A DNA stretch of 64,000 bases from a virus. Lineage: Duplodnaviria; Heunggongvirae; Uroviricota; Caudoviricetes. The position numbers were made by a program, and so were the translations under genes. This document shows, piece by piece, positions 18,145 through 28,465 of this stretch; the stretch's first letter is position 1; each line of letters opens with the position of its first letter. The notes under the pieces were generated by a model. It searched no databases. It was given only the letters and a program-made list of their open reading frames with translations, and was not told the DNA's origin. The stretch is from the IMG/VR virus record IMGVR_UViG_3300009502_000023, positions 37,731 to 101,730 of that record; one strand, given 5' to 3'.

Positions 18145-18402
18145 ATGAACAAGATGAAGAAAAGCAAGAAAAGTAAAAAAAGTAATGGGATTTTTGGTTT
18201 GATTGATGATATTGGTGATTCGCTTCTTGCCGCTGATATTTCAATTAAAATCAATGATCATGAAATTTCTAAAGATAAGAAAAATAATTTATCTTATGTT
18301 GTAGTTAAAAACAATATCAGAACTGCTATTTCTTATCATGATAAACGATTTGGGTTTGCAAGAATTCCTGTTGAGAATTCTTCTAATACAGAAAATAAAT
18401 AA
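18145..18402 (+). CDS. hypothetical lysine-rich protein
   Basis: ORF 85 aa. Confidence 0.35.
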   Translation: MNKMKKSKKSKKSNGIFGLIDDIGDSLLAADISIKINDHEISKDKKNNLSYVVVKNNIRTAISYHDKRFGFARIPVENSSNTENK

Positions 18403-18902
18403 TGTCACCCACATCATTAGTTATAAAATCCGCAAGTTTGATGTATCTGATGGATTTTGATGGAACGCTTGTTGGCAGTGATACCTGGGGTGGTTTTTTA
18501 AACAACGCCAAGTTATGTTTCAACAAGCTCCATTTTAATCCTGATTCATTGGACATTAGATGGTCTATACTGACAGCTAGACCAAAAATGGATAGATTTT
18601 TAATAAAGATGGTTTGTGGATATCATCAGATGAACCCAAATCAAATTTTTACAGGTCCAACATTTCGATATACTTTTAAGAGTCATTCTGAAGAAGCTAA
18701 GTATAAAGAGACAGTTATTAAAGGAATTTTAGACGATAAAATTAAAGTCGATTATACCGATGAAAAAGTTGACAAAATATTTTACATTGACAACAATGAT
18801 AAAATTACAATTCCTTTAAATCAAAATAGAGGCGAGTATAGATATCTTGCAATTAGTGTTTCTGATTTTATAACAAAAAATTTTTACGAAGTAATCTTAT
18901 AA
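18402..18902 (+). CDS. HAD-superfamily hydrolase-like protein
   Basis: YLMDFDGTLV = HAD motif I DxDGT. Confidence 0.5.
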   Translation: MSPTSLVIKSASLMYLMDFDGTLVGSDTWGGFLNNAKLCFNKLHFNPDSLDIRWSILTARPKMDRFLIKMVCGYHQMNPNQIFTGPTFRYTFKSHSEEAKYKETVIKGILDDKIKVDYTDEKVDKIFYIDNNDKITIPLNQNRGEYRYLAISVSDFITKNFYEVIL

Positions 18903-18911
18903 AGGAGAATC

Positions 18912-19328
18912 ATGACCCCACAAAAGACTCCCGTTCGAATCAACATCCAGCAATCTAATCAAAAGACAATTATTACATATGATATGAAAGTTGATAACAA
19001 TATTCGATCAATCGCAAGACGCGGACATGATATTGCTAAAACATTTAGAAGTATTGGTATTGTGTTTAAAAGAATCATTCCTGCATCTACTGATATATCG
19101 GTAAGAAAACAATTCAAGCTTCCTGTAGATTCTGATTTGATTTGTGTCGAACTGAAATACAACACTGACAAATCTGATTCAGATAAACTACTATTGATTA
19201 ATGATATTAAAGATCAACTTATGAATTTAAATTCTTATTCTGTGGTTAATGAAGGTATTTACAAATATGATTTATCAACACAGGTTTATAGATTATTACT
19301 AAAGATTAATGAAAATGTATCAAAATGA
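18912..19328 (+). CDS. hypothetical protein
   Basis: ORF 138 aa with AAGGAG RBS. Confidence 0.4.
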   Translation: MTPQKTPVRINIQQSNQKTIITYDMKVDNNIRSIARRGHDIAKTFRSIGIVFKRIIPASTDISVRKQFKLPVDSDLICVELKYNTDKSDSDKLLLINDIKDQLMNLNSYSVVNEGIYKYDLSTQVYRLLLKINENVSK

Positions 19329-19867
19329 ACAATGAATTGATAATCGTTGGATGTGGAACTATAGGCGCATCATTGTCATTAAATCTAGCAAGAAAAAAAT
19401 TGATTTCTAAATTAACAATTTATGATTTTGATGTTGTTAGTTTTGGTTCTGAGAAATCAATTTATCCTTTTAATTCGTGCGCTTCTGGGTTATCAAAAGT
19501 TGAAAATATAAAATTTAGATGTAAAAAAATTAATCCTGATTTAGATATTGTTGTAAATGAAGAGCGAGTATTAAAACCTATAGTTACAGATCAATTTATT
19601 ATTGATTGTCGTGATTGTAAAACACCCAATTTAAATTCTAAAATTCGATTATCACTAGATGGTAGTATTCTGTATATTGATAGTAGAAAAAAGATTCCAG
19701 AAACTAAAAATTATTATAGATACTATTATAGCAGAAATCCAGAATTTATAGAAACAGCAAATCAAATTATCATTAATTATTTGGTTAACGATGAATATAC
19801 ATGTAATCAGTTGAGAGTATATAATACTGAAACGTCTGAATATCATATCTTGCCAACGGAGAATTGA
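19325..19867 (+). CDS. short ThiF/E1-like adenylyltransferase paralog
   Basis: IIVGCGTIGASLSLNLA GxGxxG; LTIYDFDVV; DCRDC motif, paralogous to DCRDD of the 11561 gene. Confidence 0.5.
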   Translation: MNNELIIVGCGTIGASLSLNLARKKLISKLTIYDFDVVSFGSEKSIYPFNSCASGLSKVENIKFRCKKINPDLDIVVNEERVLKPIVTDQFIIDCRDCKTPNLNSKIRLSLDGSILYIDSRKKIPETKNYYRYYYSRNPEFIETANQIIINYLVNDEYTCNQLRVYNTETSEYHILPTEN

Positions 19868-20148
19868 AAATGCCAGAATGTCTAATAAAAAATAGATTTA
19901 TTAACTTACAGAAATTCTCTACTGATTTGATTACTCATACGGGAAATAATTTAGAAAAACAAACATTTGTGGTTGGTATTCCATCTAGAGAGAGTATTAC
20001 CATTAAAGCTAATAGTATTGATGATTTAGTTATCAAACTTGCAAAATTATCAAGATGTCTGCCACACCATAGTTGTTTCATGACCTATACATTCGAAGCA
20101 AATTTGAATGTTAATCTTACAATTCTTCCGGTGACAGATGCAGCATGA
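19864..20148 (+). CDS. hypothetical 94-aa protein between E1-like and E2-like genes (candidate Ubl partner, unproven)
   Basis: size and position only; ends ...PVTDAA not GG. Confidence 0.35.
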   Translation: MKMPECLIKNRFINLQKFSTDLITHTGNNLEKQTFVVGIPSRESITIKANSIDDLVIKLAKLSRCLPHHSCFMTYTFEANLNVNLTILPVTDAA

Positions 20149-20770
20149 TCAAGAGATTAAGAAAATTCTGTACCAGCATAATTATGATTTTTCAAATATA
20201 AATTTCAAAACCAACTTAAATAATACTATCGATCAAATCGAACATGAACTAATTTACAAATCGATTGGTTCAGAATCTGCTGAAAAGATCATATGCGATT
20301 TGCGTAAACTTAAACAATTTTCAGAACGGAACGTTTTAAAAAATGGAATTCTTAAAGAAGAATTGGATCAATTAAAAAACAATCAGTATACAATAGAAAA
20401 TGATTCTGTTACTTGCCATAAATTTATTGGCTGTAAATCAATCAGAGAATCCAGAACTATTCATCAGTTGAACCAAAATCAGATGAAACAGTTGGTTGAT
20501 CATGGTTATGGAATAAAATCTTTTAAAGTATTGATAGATATACAAATAAAAGATTTGACATGCTGTGGCAAACATCCAAATTTGAGTAAAACTAATACCT
20601 TCTGTTGGGATGAGAATTTAAGGGGTCTTGATTTTACAAATGATAATCTAGGTATAATTGAGGGAATGCTATCTTCATTTAATTTAGATTCTTGTTTTAT
20701 ACAACCGGATGAACGACAATTTTTAATTGACATAGCTCGATCGGGAAATCAAAAATGTTTTCATTTATAG
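20138..20770 (+). CDS. hypothetical protein with UBC/E2-like motif HPNLSKTNTFCWDENL
   Basis: HPN-x7-C-x-D spacing identical to E2 HPNINSNGSICLDIL; adjacent to E1-like gene. Confidence 0.4.
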   Translation: MQHDQEIKKILYQHNYDFSNINFKTNLNNTIDQIEHELIYKSIGSESAEKIICDLRKLKQFSERNVLKNGILKEELDQLKNNQYTIENDSVTCHKFIGCKSIRESRTIHQLNQNQMKQLVDHGYGIKSFKVLIDIQIKDLTCCGKHPNLSKTNTFCWDENLRGLDFTNDNLGIIEGMLSSFNLDSCFIQPDERQFLIDIARSGNQKCFHL

Positions 20771-20794
20771 TGTTCTGATATCGGAGAAATAATA

Positions 20795-21322
20795 ATGACA
20801 AAAAAGAAAAAAAATCCATTTACTTATATATGTAACGATTTATTACCCGGTACTGATTATTCATTTCATCATTTGATTGAATTGGGTGTTTTATACGGAT
20901 ATACCTATGATGAAGTGATGAAAGCATTATTTACAGAAATTCAAAAGAAGAATCCTAGAATTGTTTTGGGATTTAACAAGAATGCTTTCTTGAATCCAAA
21001 AAATAGATCTAATAAAAAAGTAATTGAACCTATAAAAACAGAAACAGAAATAATTGCTGAAGCAGTTATCAAGAAAAATAAAGAATTTATTCAGAAATGG
21101 ATAGAGACTGAATTTGATAAAAAGCTAGAATCACTGGTTCAGAAATATGTGGTATCTGAGTTTAAGGAAGAAGTTCTTCCGGTTCTTATCGACCGCATCG
21201 ATGGTAAGTTTAAAAACATTCAAGAATCACATACAAAATCTATTAAGGTAGAAGTTATTCAAATTCTATCTGATATGATTATCAAAGCAGCTCAAGAGGA
21301 GATTCCAAGTAATGAAGATTAA
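20795..21322 (+). CDS. hypothetical protein
   Basis: ORF 175 aa. Confidence 0.45.
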   Translation: MTKKKKNPFTYICNDLLPGTDYSFHHLIELGVLYGYTYDEVMKALFTEIQKKNPRIVLGFNKNAFLNPKNRSNKKVIEPIKTETEIIAEAVIKKNKEFIQKWIETEFDKKLESLVQKYVVSEFKEEVLPVLIDRIDGKFKNIQESHTKSIKVEVIQILSDMIIKAAQEEIPSNED

Positions 21323-24161
21323 TTTCTTTAACGTAGATGAGTTTTGTGAAACGATCCCAGAGATTACTACTAATAAAATCTATGCAAAGAGAGGTTTTCA
21401 TCCAAATGGTCTTTTCTCTGAAAAGTTCTTTGGACCGGTAAGGACTTGTACTTGTGGTTGTGGTATTTATTGGGGTCGGTCTAAGATTGGTGAACTCTGT
21501 AGTCAGTGTGGAGTTGAGATTGGGTATTCGAGTTTGAGAAGAAAGAAGTTTGCAAAGATTGCTCTTCCCTTCCCGGCTCTTAATCCAATTATGTACTATC
21601 TTATTCTAAAAGCTGGTAAAGCTACTATTGGAAATGTTATTCATGATATGATTTTCAATGATACTACGATGGGTTATTATTTCGATACTGATTCTAGAAA
21701 GTATATTCAGGTTAAGAAACCAAGCATTGAGAGTGAGACACCTATAATTCCAGAAGGAACAATTCTGTATTCTGGAGCTAATGGTATCTATGAACTAATT
21801 AAGTTTGAATCTGAAAGAATGATGGAAACAAATACGACGTGGAAGTTTATTAATACAAATATTAGTAAATTTTTTATGTCGAATGTTATTGTATGTCCTC
21901 CCGAGTTTAGACCAGTGTCGAAAACTAAAGACGTACAAATGCGTGATAAGATGAATGAGTTCTATATGACTATTCTGAATAATAGTTTGATGGTCAAGAA
22001 TGATGTGACCACTTATGAAAATTCAGAAATTCATATGACCAACTTTAGAAATCAACAGAGATATATCTTCAATTTCTATGAATATATTTTCTCAAAGTTT
22101 TCTAAGAAGTCTGGACTAATCAGAGGTTCTATTCTTGGTAAGAGAATTGACTTTTCAGCTCGTGCTGTAATTAGTCCTGAACCAAAATTACTTCTTGATG
22201 AATGTTCTCTTCCTTATATTATAGCATTAGAATTATTTAAGCTTCCTATTGTAAATCGATTGTTGGAGATGAAAAATTACGGAGATCGTAAATTCGTAAG
22301 ATATGATCCAACTATTGATTATGTTAATGATTGTATTAAGTTGAAAGACCTTGCTTTACTTGATATTGTCAGAGAAATAACAGCAGGAAAATTGGTATGC
22401 TTAAATCGTCAACCAACTTTGCATCGAATGGGTTTGTTGTCATTTAAGATTCTTATCAATACAGACCATGTAATTAAGATTCATCCGATGGCGTGCGAAC
22501 CATATAATGCAGACTTTGATGGCGATCAGATGGCTGCATATATTTCTCTATATCCTGAATCTGAAGCTGAAAATAAAGAGAAGATGTTTATCTTAGCTAA
22601 CTTAGTATCTCCATCTACAGGTAAGATGATTCTTGGTGCAAATCAAGATATTTTGCTTGGGTTGTACTTAATGACTAAACCAGATGAAACTAAGAAAGTT
22701 ACTTATAAAAATATCGAAACTTATGAGGGTCGAGTTAAGTTTAATAGTATCTTCCCTGATAATTTTCCGTTTTTGAATAGGACGATTAATAAGAAGGAAC
22801 TGCATGTTCTCTTGAATATTTTAGTTCAGGTTTATCCTCCTGAGACTGTTAAGAATATTCTTGATAATATGAAGAATATGGGATTCTATGAAACTACAAC
22901 TCGGGGTACCACATTCTCGTTGAAAAACTTGAGTGGTGAAGGTATCCATGATGTAATTTCTGGTATTGTGGATGATCCAACAAAGACACCACAAGAAAAA
23001 TTCCATCTTCTTGCTGATCATCCCCTAAAGAAACAAATTCAAGAAGATTTCCCCTACAAGGATTTTATTGAATCTGGATCACGTGGTTCCTGGGAACAGG
23101 CAAATCAATTGATCTTCTGTAGAGGTTATATGTCTAACTCAAAGGGCGAGATGGTGGAAACACCGATTAAGAATAATCTCGTTCATGGTTTGACAAAAGA
23201 TGAGTTCTTTACATCCTGTTATGGATCTCGCAAGGCATTACTTGATGTAGCTCTTAATACTGCAGTATCTGGATATTTGACTCGCAAATTAGTTTATTGT
23301 ACTATTAATCTTGAACTTGATGAAAAGAAAGATGATTGTGGTACAACCGATTACTTCGAAGTTAAGATTCCAGAATTAATGACTGATGATAAGTTCAACG
23401 AGTTGGTTGCTGGCATTCCTGATCTCATTGAACGAAAGATTATGAAAGATCATCTTAAACACAAGTATGAAGAGATGGACCCAATTAAACTTACCAGAAG
23501 TTTAATTCATCGTTATATGACTGTTACATCAGAAACTGGTGAAACTATATTGAAGTTGATTGATGAAGATAATTATCATACCTTGTTTGGTAAGACAGTT
23601 AAGCTTCGTTCACCAATCTTCTGTAAGTCAGCTAGAATTTGTAAGACATGTTATGGTAAGATGAGTGATAAGGTTCATTCAAAGTATGTTGGTGTGTTAG
23701 CAGCTCAAGCCCTTGGCGAAGTTGCAACTCAGCTTACTCTTCGGACTTTCCACACTGGTGGTGTTGCGAAGGTGAGCAAAGATAAAGATTCATCACACCA
23801 AGATATCATTAGTGACTTGACAGTAGTTAATAGATTGCTGCATGGATCGGCTAGTGGTTCCTACTCTGAATTGATCTTGAAATTGTTCTCGGTTTATTTG
23901 AGACATAAGGTATTACTGTTGATTAATTTTGAATTGGTAGTCAGCCAACTCATGCGCATAGGAAACATGAGATGGAGATTGCACCCAAATCGAGATACTG
24001 AAAATTATCAATTGGTTTCGGTTGAGAATGTACCTTCTAGGGAGAGTTTCCTTCTGGCATTAGCATTCTCGAAGCCGTATAATTATATCGTTAGTGGTAT
24101 TCTTGGTAATAGTCAAACGACCGATGGTATTCTCGAGAAGATGTTAATTAATCGAATTTAG
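21312..24161 (+). CDS. rpoC: RNA polymerase beta-prime-like subunit (compact, single polypeptide)
   Basis: N-term Zn ribbon CTCGCG...CSQCG; universal catalytic NADFDGDQMA at about 22507-22536. Confidence 0.85.
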   Translation: MKINFFNVDEFCETIPEITTNKIYAKRGFHPNGLFSEKFFGPVRTCTCGCGIYWGRSKIGELCSQCGVEIGYSSLRRKKFAKIALPFPALNPIMYYLILKAGKATIGNVIHDMIFNDTTMGYYFDTDSRKYIQVKKPSIESETPIIPEGTILYSGANGIYELIKFESERMMETNTTWKFINTNISKFFMSNVIVCPPEFRPVSKTKDVQMRDKMNEFYMTILNNSLMVKNDVTTYENSEIHMTNFRNQQRYIFNFYEYIFSKFSKKSGLIRGSILGKRIDFSARAVISPEPKLLLDECSLPYIIALELFKLPIVNRLLEMKNYGDRKFVRYDPTIDYVNDCIKLKDLALLDIVREITAGKLVCLNRQPTLHRMGLLSFKILINTDHVIKIHPMACEPYNADFDGDQMAAYISLYPESEAENKEKMFILANLVSPSTGKMILGANQDILLGLYLMTKPDETKKVTYKNIETYEGRVKFNSIFPDNFPFLNRTINKKELHVLLNILVQVYPPETVKNILDNMKNMGFYETTTRGTTFSLKNLSGEGIHDVISGIVDDPTKTPQEKFHLLADHPLKKQIQEDFPYKDFIESGSRGSWEQANQLIFCRGYMSNSKGEMVETPIKNNLVHGLTKDEFFTSCYGSRKALLDVALNTAVSGYLTRKLVYCTINLELDEKKDDCGTTDYFEVKIPELMTDDKFNELVAGIPDLIERKIMKDHLKHKYEEMDPIKLTRSLIHRYMTVTSETGETILKLIDEDNYHTLFGKTVKLRSPIFCKSARICKTCYGKMSDKVHSKYVGVLAAQALGEVATQLTLRTFHTGGVAKVSKDKDSSHQDIISDLTVVNRLLHGSASGSYSELILKLFSVYLRHKVLLLINFELVVSQLMRIGNMRWRLHPNRDTENYQLVSVENVPSRESFLLALAFSKPYNYIVSGILGNSQTTDGILEKMLINRI

Positions 24162-24170
24162 CTTAAAATG

Positions 24171-24198
24171 GGGCGGGACCACAAACCGCCCTTCTTTC
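24171..24198 (+). terminator. short GC hairpin terminator
   Basis: GGGCGG ... CCGCCC followed by TTCTTT. Confidence 0.4.
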
Positions 24199-24219
24199 AG
24201 AATGATTTTATAGGTAATT

Positions 24220-25164
24220 ATGAATAAGTTGTGTAAGTGTGGTTGTGGTCAAAAAACAGTATTTAATAAAAATTCTAAACAATTTAATATGTTTATCAAA
24301 GGACACAGTAATAAAGGAAAAATTCATTCTGCTGAAACTAGAAATAAAATATCAGTTCGATTATCTGGTAAAGTACCATGGAATAAAGGTGCGCCTGCAT
24401 CAGAAGAATCTAAACTTAAAAATTCTATGGCTCACATCGGGAGAGAACATTCAGAAGAATCAAAAAGAAAAATATCTGAAAATAATGCTAAAACCATGTT
24501 GGGAAAGAACTGGTCTAAAGAAGTAAAACAAAAAATTAGAGAATCTAGATTGGGTAAAAAAGCATCTGCAGAAACTCGATTAAAAATGAGAGAGTGGCAA
24601 CTTGGAAAAATTATTCCAGAAATATCTAAAGAGAAAATAAAAGAAACATGGAATAATAAAAGCAAAACGGAATTAGATATTATAAAACAAAAAAGACAAC
24701 ATACGTTATTATATAATTATGGATTTGATAATTTTTCTAAAACACCACAATTTAAAGAAATGGCAAGAATTGCATCTATTAAAATGGTCGAAAACCAAAT
24801 AGCCAGTGGGGAACCACTATCTCCTAAAATTGGACCACAAGAACGATCATTTCTAAATGAACTCCAACAGTATACCTTGTATAAAATTATTCGAAACGAT
24901 TCTTCTTTTAGATATATTAAAGGTAGATTTCCAGATGGACATATATTAGAATTAAAACTTTTCATTCAATTCGATGAACGATTTCATTTCTCCGATATTG
25001 CTTGTAAAATCTATAAACAAGATGATATAGATTGTACTCTTCAACTTGCTTCTCTCGGTTATATCATTTTTCGAGTTTCAGAGAAACAATGGAAAGAAAA
25101 CAAAGAGAAAACAATTTCTGATTTCAAAAACTTTTTGGTACTGTTAGATCAAGGAAGAAACTAA
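24220..25164 (+). CDS. homing-endonuclease-like protein (Zn-ribbon + NUMOD3 repeats HSAETRNKIS/HSEESKRKIS + PD-(D/E)xK-like C-term) inserted between RNAP subunit genes
   Basis: MNKLCKCGCG N-term; multiple NUMOD3-like repeats; C-term FPDGHILELKLFIQFDE nearly identical to 13482 paralog. Confidence 0.6.
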   Translation: MNKLCKCGCGQKTVFNKNSKQFNMFIKGHSNKGKIHSAETRNKISVRLSGKVPWNKGAPASEESKLKNSMAHIGREHSEESKRKISENNAKTMLGKNWSKEVKQKIRESRLGKKASAETRLKMREWQLGKIIPEISKEKIKETWNNKSKTELDIIKQKRQHTLLYNYGFDNFSKTPQFKEMARIASIKMVENQIASGEPLSPKIGPQERSFLNELQQYTLYKIIRNDSSFRYIKGRFPDGHILELKLFIQFDERFHFSDIACKIYKQDDIDCTLQLASLGYIIFRVSEKQWKENKEKTISDFKNFLVLLDQGRN

Positions 25165-25177
25165 AGGGAGATATCAC

Positions 25178-28100
25178 ATGCTTCGAGTTCCCGCATACGA
25201 GTTACAGAATATCAATGTGTATAATTTTAGAAACCATGAATGGAATGAAGAAACCATAATCGATAATATCAACAAGATGCTTGTTTGTGGTGAAGATTAT
25301 GGTTTGCGAATCAAGTCAGTAGTTATTAAAAATAAAGAAGAAAAAGAAACATCCGAAGTTAAAAGAACCAAGAGTAAGATTCTTGATATCTCTCTTGCAT
25401 ATACTAATGAAGAAGGAACCGAGGATGTTGATCTGAGTTATGATCTTCCTTGGTTGTTACAAAATCACTTTTTCATTAGTGGCAACTGGAAAGTTTGTGT
25501 ATACCAGTTGTTTGATAAGCCTGTTATTAAACGTCCAGGTATTATCAAAATTCGCACCAATATTCAATCGATCATGCTTGAAAAGAAAACAGGAACAAGA
25601 CGTAAATTTTCTTATGAGATTAGTCTTTTTGGAAAGAAGTTTGCTTTTGCTAAGCTTCTTATTGCTTATTTGGGAATTGAGCAAACTAAGGCTCGGTTTA
25701 CTCTGAATGAGAATAATGAGTATACCGGTCCTGTAATCAATGAGGATATTGATCTTTTGATCAAAGATATTACTGCAGTACTCAATGATGTTTCTCTTGA
25801 TAAGGCTAGACTTTTGGAAACATATTTTCCAAGAAAAGTGGATGCTAAAATTATTGAGGATGTTCTTTTGATTACTAAGATTGATATCTTTAGTAAGAAG
25901 TATTTTAATACCGATAATGTCATTGAAGAATTTCTCTTCACTATTCAAAATGATATTAGCGATGATTCCAATTATGCTAATAAGAGAATTCGATTTGTTG
26001 AGCAGGTTGTATACGTCCATCTTGCAAAGGATTTCTATAATCTAATTAACTCTATTCGAAAGAATAGAAAGTTGAAGTTCTCTGTTAACTCTAAATCTAT
26101 TTTGTCAAATGTCAATGTATCTAACATTGTACAGTTTGATAATAGTTTGAATCCACTTTCAGAACTAGCTATGTTGTCAAGAACATCATTGTCTGGTCCT
26201 GGTGGTTTTGAAAAAGCTAATGTCCCACAGTCATTGAGAGAGATTCATCCCTCCATGTTGTATTTGATTGATCCATCAGATACTGCAGATCGTGAAGGCT
26301 GTGGTACAATTCAATATCTTATTCCTAATACGGAATTCAATCAGGATGGTACATTCTTTTCTAGAGGTAAGAAGGTTATTAATTCTGTCTCTGAAAGTTT
26401 TGTTCCGTTCCTTGAGCATGATGACGCAACTCGGTTACAGATGTCTTCGAGTCAGCAGCGGCATGCAATTATGTTAAAGAAATTCGATAACGCACTAATC
26501 CAGAGTGGTGTTGAAGGAATGTATACTGATCAGACCTCTTTCTTATTTAAAGCAAAGAGAAATGGTAAAGTCATTTATCTTGATGATAATATCATTTGTG
26601 TTCAGTATGATAATAAAACCTGTGAAGCATTTCATATTGGATATCGAAAACTGTATATCTCTACAGTAGATTTCTATAAGGTTTATTACAACATTGGTGA
26701 TACCTTCTCTAAGAATGATATCATTGCAGAATCCAATTATCTTAGAAATGGTAATATTACACTTGGAAAAAATTGTTTGGTAGCTATCATGCCTTGGTAT
26801 GGTTATAATTATGAAGATGGTATTATTATCTCTCAGAAAGTTGCTGAAGAGGATTATTTTACCAGTGTTCATTATGTTGACCTGATTATTGAACTAGCAC
26901 CAAATAAAGTATTGATGAATCAGGGAACAGATTATACCAATTATAAACCACTTCCTGAAATCGGTCAAGTTCTTCATCGCGGTGACTCATATGCAAAAAT
27001 TAAAGCTATCGACACCGATGGTTTTGATGATGTGATGTTTGAACCAGTAACAGAAGAATGTGTGACCGAAGATTGTAAGATTGTGGATATTAAGATCTAT
27101 GCGAATAAATGGAATAAGAATTTTCCACAGTATGATCTGTTTATTCAGGAACTAATTAAAACACAGAAGTCAAAGAAGACCGATATTATCAAGAAATTAT
27201 CTAGTCATCTTACTAAAGAAGAACTGGATAAACTTACAGATACTCTCGAGATTCATCAGACCGAAAAGAATAATTATAAGATCAAGGGTGAGTATATTGA
27301 TGGTGTCAGAATTGAAATTACTGCTGTTTATGAAAGAAAAGTAACAGTCGGTGACAAGTTAGGAAATCGGCATGGGAATAAGGGTGTGATTTCTAAGATT
27401 GCACCTATTGAAGAAATGCCAGTATTACCTGATGGTCGTAAAGCTGATATTATCATTAATCCTCTTGGTATTATTTCTCGTATGAATATTGGTCAGGTCT
27501 ATGAGGCACATCTTGGTATGGCACTTATGGATTTGAAGAAGATAGTTCGAGAGATGCATAATGAGAAGAAAACTCAAAAAGAAATTTACGAATATATCTT
27601 GGGATTCATTAAGATAATCGATATGACAGAGAACGGTAATTATTATCAACAGATGAAGACGATCTTTGATAGTTTACCGATTCAGAGTTTTATTGATAGT
27701 CTTGATAATTTCTTTGTTATTCAGCCACCATTTGAATCTATTCAATGGGTTCAATTAAATAAAGCAATGGAATATACTAAGACCGCATTTGAGATTACTG
27801 TGTTTGATCCAATCTCTGGAGCGAACATTCAGAATCCAATCAATTGTGGTTATATGTATTTCATGAAACTTAACCATATTGCTCAGGATAAAATGTCATA
27901 TCGTGGCATTGGACCCTATTCAGCTAAGACATCTCAACCCCTAGGTGGTAAATCTAGAAAAGGTGGACAGCGTCTTGGTGAAATGGAAATTTGGGCAGTG
28001 ATTGGTCATGGTGCTGAAAAGAATCTTAATGAATTCATTTCTGTTAAATCAGATTCAATCAAACTCAGAAATAAATACATTTCAGAATGTATGTGTAACA

Positions 28101-28465
28101 GTGATCTATTACTAGATTCTGATGATGATGAGGTTCCGCAGTCACTAAGATTGCTTCAGACAAATCTAAAATCAATTGGTTTGGATTATGCTTTGTTTGA
28201 GGGCGAGAATAAATTCTTACCTGAACTAGATGAGGATGATGGAGATGAAACAGAAAAAGCAATTGAAAATCTTAAACAGGTTTTATCTTCTGAGAATGCT
28301 CGTGAAGACATTCCTGTTATAGAAGGTATTGGTGATGGAACTACAACAATTGAAATTGGAACAGCTGTAGATGAGAAGAAAATCATTTATGATGATACTT
28401 TGGTAGATCAGTTTCCAATGGATGAAGAATTACTGGAAGGAATTTCTAACGATGACAACGAATAA
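25178..28465 (+). CDS. rpoB: RNA polymerase beta-like subunit (compact, single polypeptide)
   Basis: RHGNKGVISKI and GGQRLGEMEIWAVIGHGA beta-subunit signature motifs. Confidence 0.85.
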   Translation: MLRVPAYELQNINVYNFRNHEWNEETIIDNINKMLVCGEDYGLRIKSVVIKNKEEKETSEVKRTKSKILDISLAYTNEEGTEDVDLSYDLPWLLQNHFFISGNWKVCVYQLFDKPVIKRPGIIKIRTNIQSIMLEKKTGTRRKFSYEISLFGKKFAFAKLLIAYLGIEQTKARFTLNENNEYTGPVINEDIDLLIKDITAVLNDVSLDKARLLETYFPRKVDAKIIEDVLLITKIDIFSKKYFNTDNVIEEFLFTIQNDISDDSNYANKRIRFVEQVVYVHLAKDFYNLINSIRKNRKLKFSVNSKSILSNVNVSNIVQFDNSLNPLSELAMLSRTSLSGPGGFEKANVPQSLREIHPSMLYLIDPSDTADREGCGTIQYLIPNTEFNQDGTFFSRGKKVINSVSESFVPFLEHDDATRLQMSSSQQRHAIMLKKFDNALIQSGVEGMYTDQTSFLFKAKRNGKVIYLDDNIICVQYDNKTCEAFHIGYRKLYISTVDFYKVYYNIGDTFSKNDIIAESNYLRNGNITLGKNCLVAIMPWYGYNYEDGIIISQKVAEEDYFTSVHYVDLIIELAPNKVLMNQGTDYTNYKPLPEIGQVLHRGDSYAKIKAIDTDGFDDVMFEPVTEECVTEDCKIVDIKIYANKWNKNFPQYDLFIQELIKTQKSKKTDIIKKLSSHLTKEELDKLTDTLEIHQTEKNNYKIKGEYIDGVRIEITAVYERKVTVGDKLGNRHGNKGVISKIAPIEEMPVLPDGRKADIIINPLGIISRMNIGQVYEAHLGMALMDLKKIVREMHNEKKTQKEIYEYILGFIKIIDMTENGNYYQQMKTIFDSLPIQSFIDSLDNFFVIQPPFESIQWVQLNKAMEYTKTAFEITVFDPISGANIQNPINCGYMYFMKLNHIAQDKMSYRGIGPYSAKTSQPLGGKSRKGGQRLGEMEIWAVIGHGAEKNLNEFISVKSDSIKLRNKYISECMCNSDLLLDSDDDEVPQSLRLLQTNLKSIGLDYALFEGENKFLPELDEDDGDETEKAIENLKQVLSSENAREDIPVIEGIGDGTTTIEIGTAVDEKKIIYDDTLVDQFPMDEELLEGISNDDNE

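Noticed and set aside
28422-28451. The upstream in-frame extension of folE (MKNYWKEFLT) as its real start.
   Set aside because: It overlaps the rpoB-like 3' end by 44 nt. ATG 28452 (MTTNKKLDD) is the more likely start, so the coordinate is kept but flagged.
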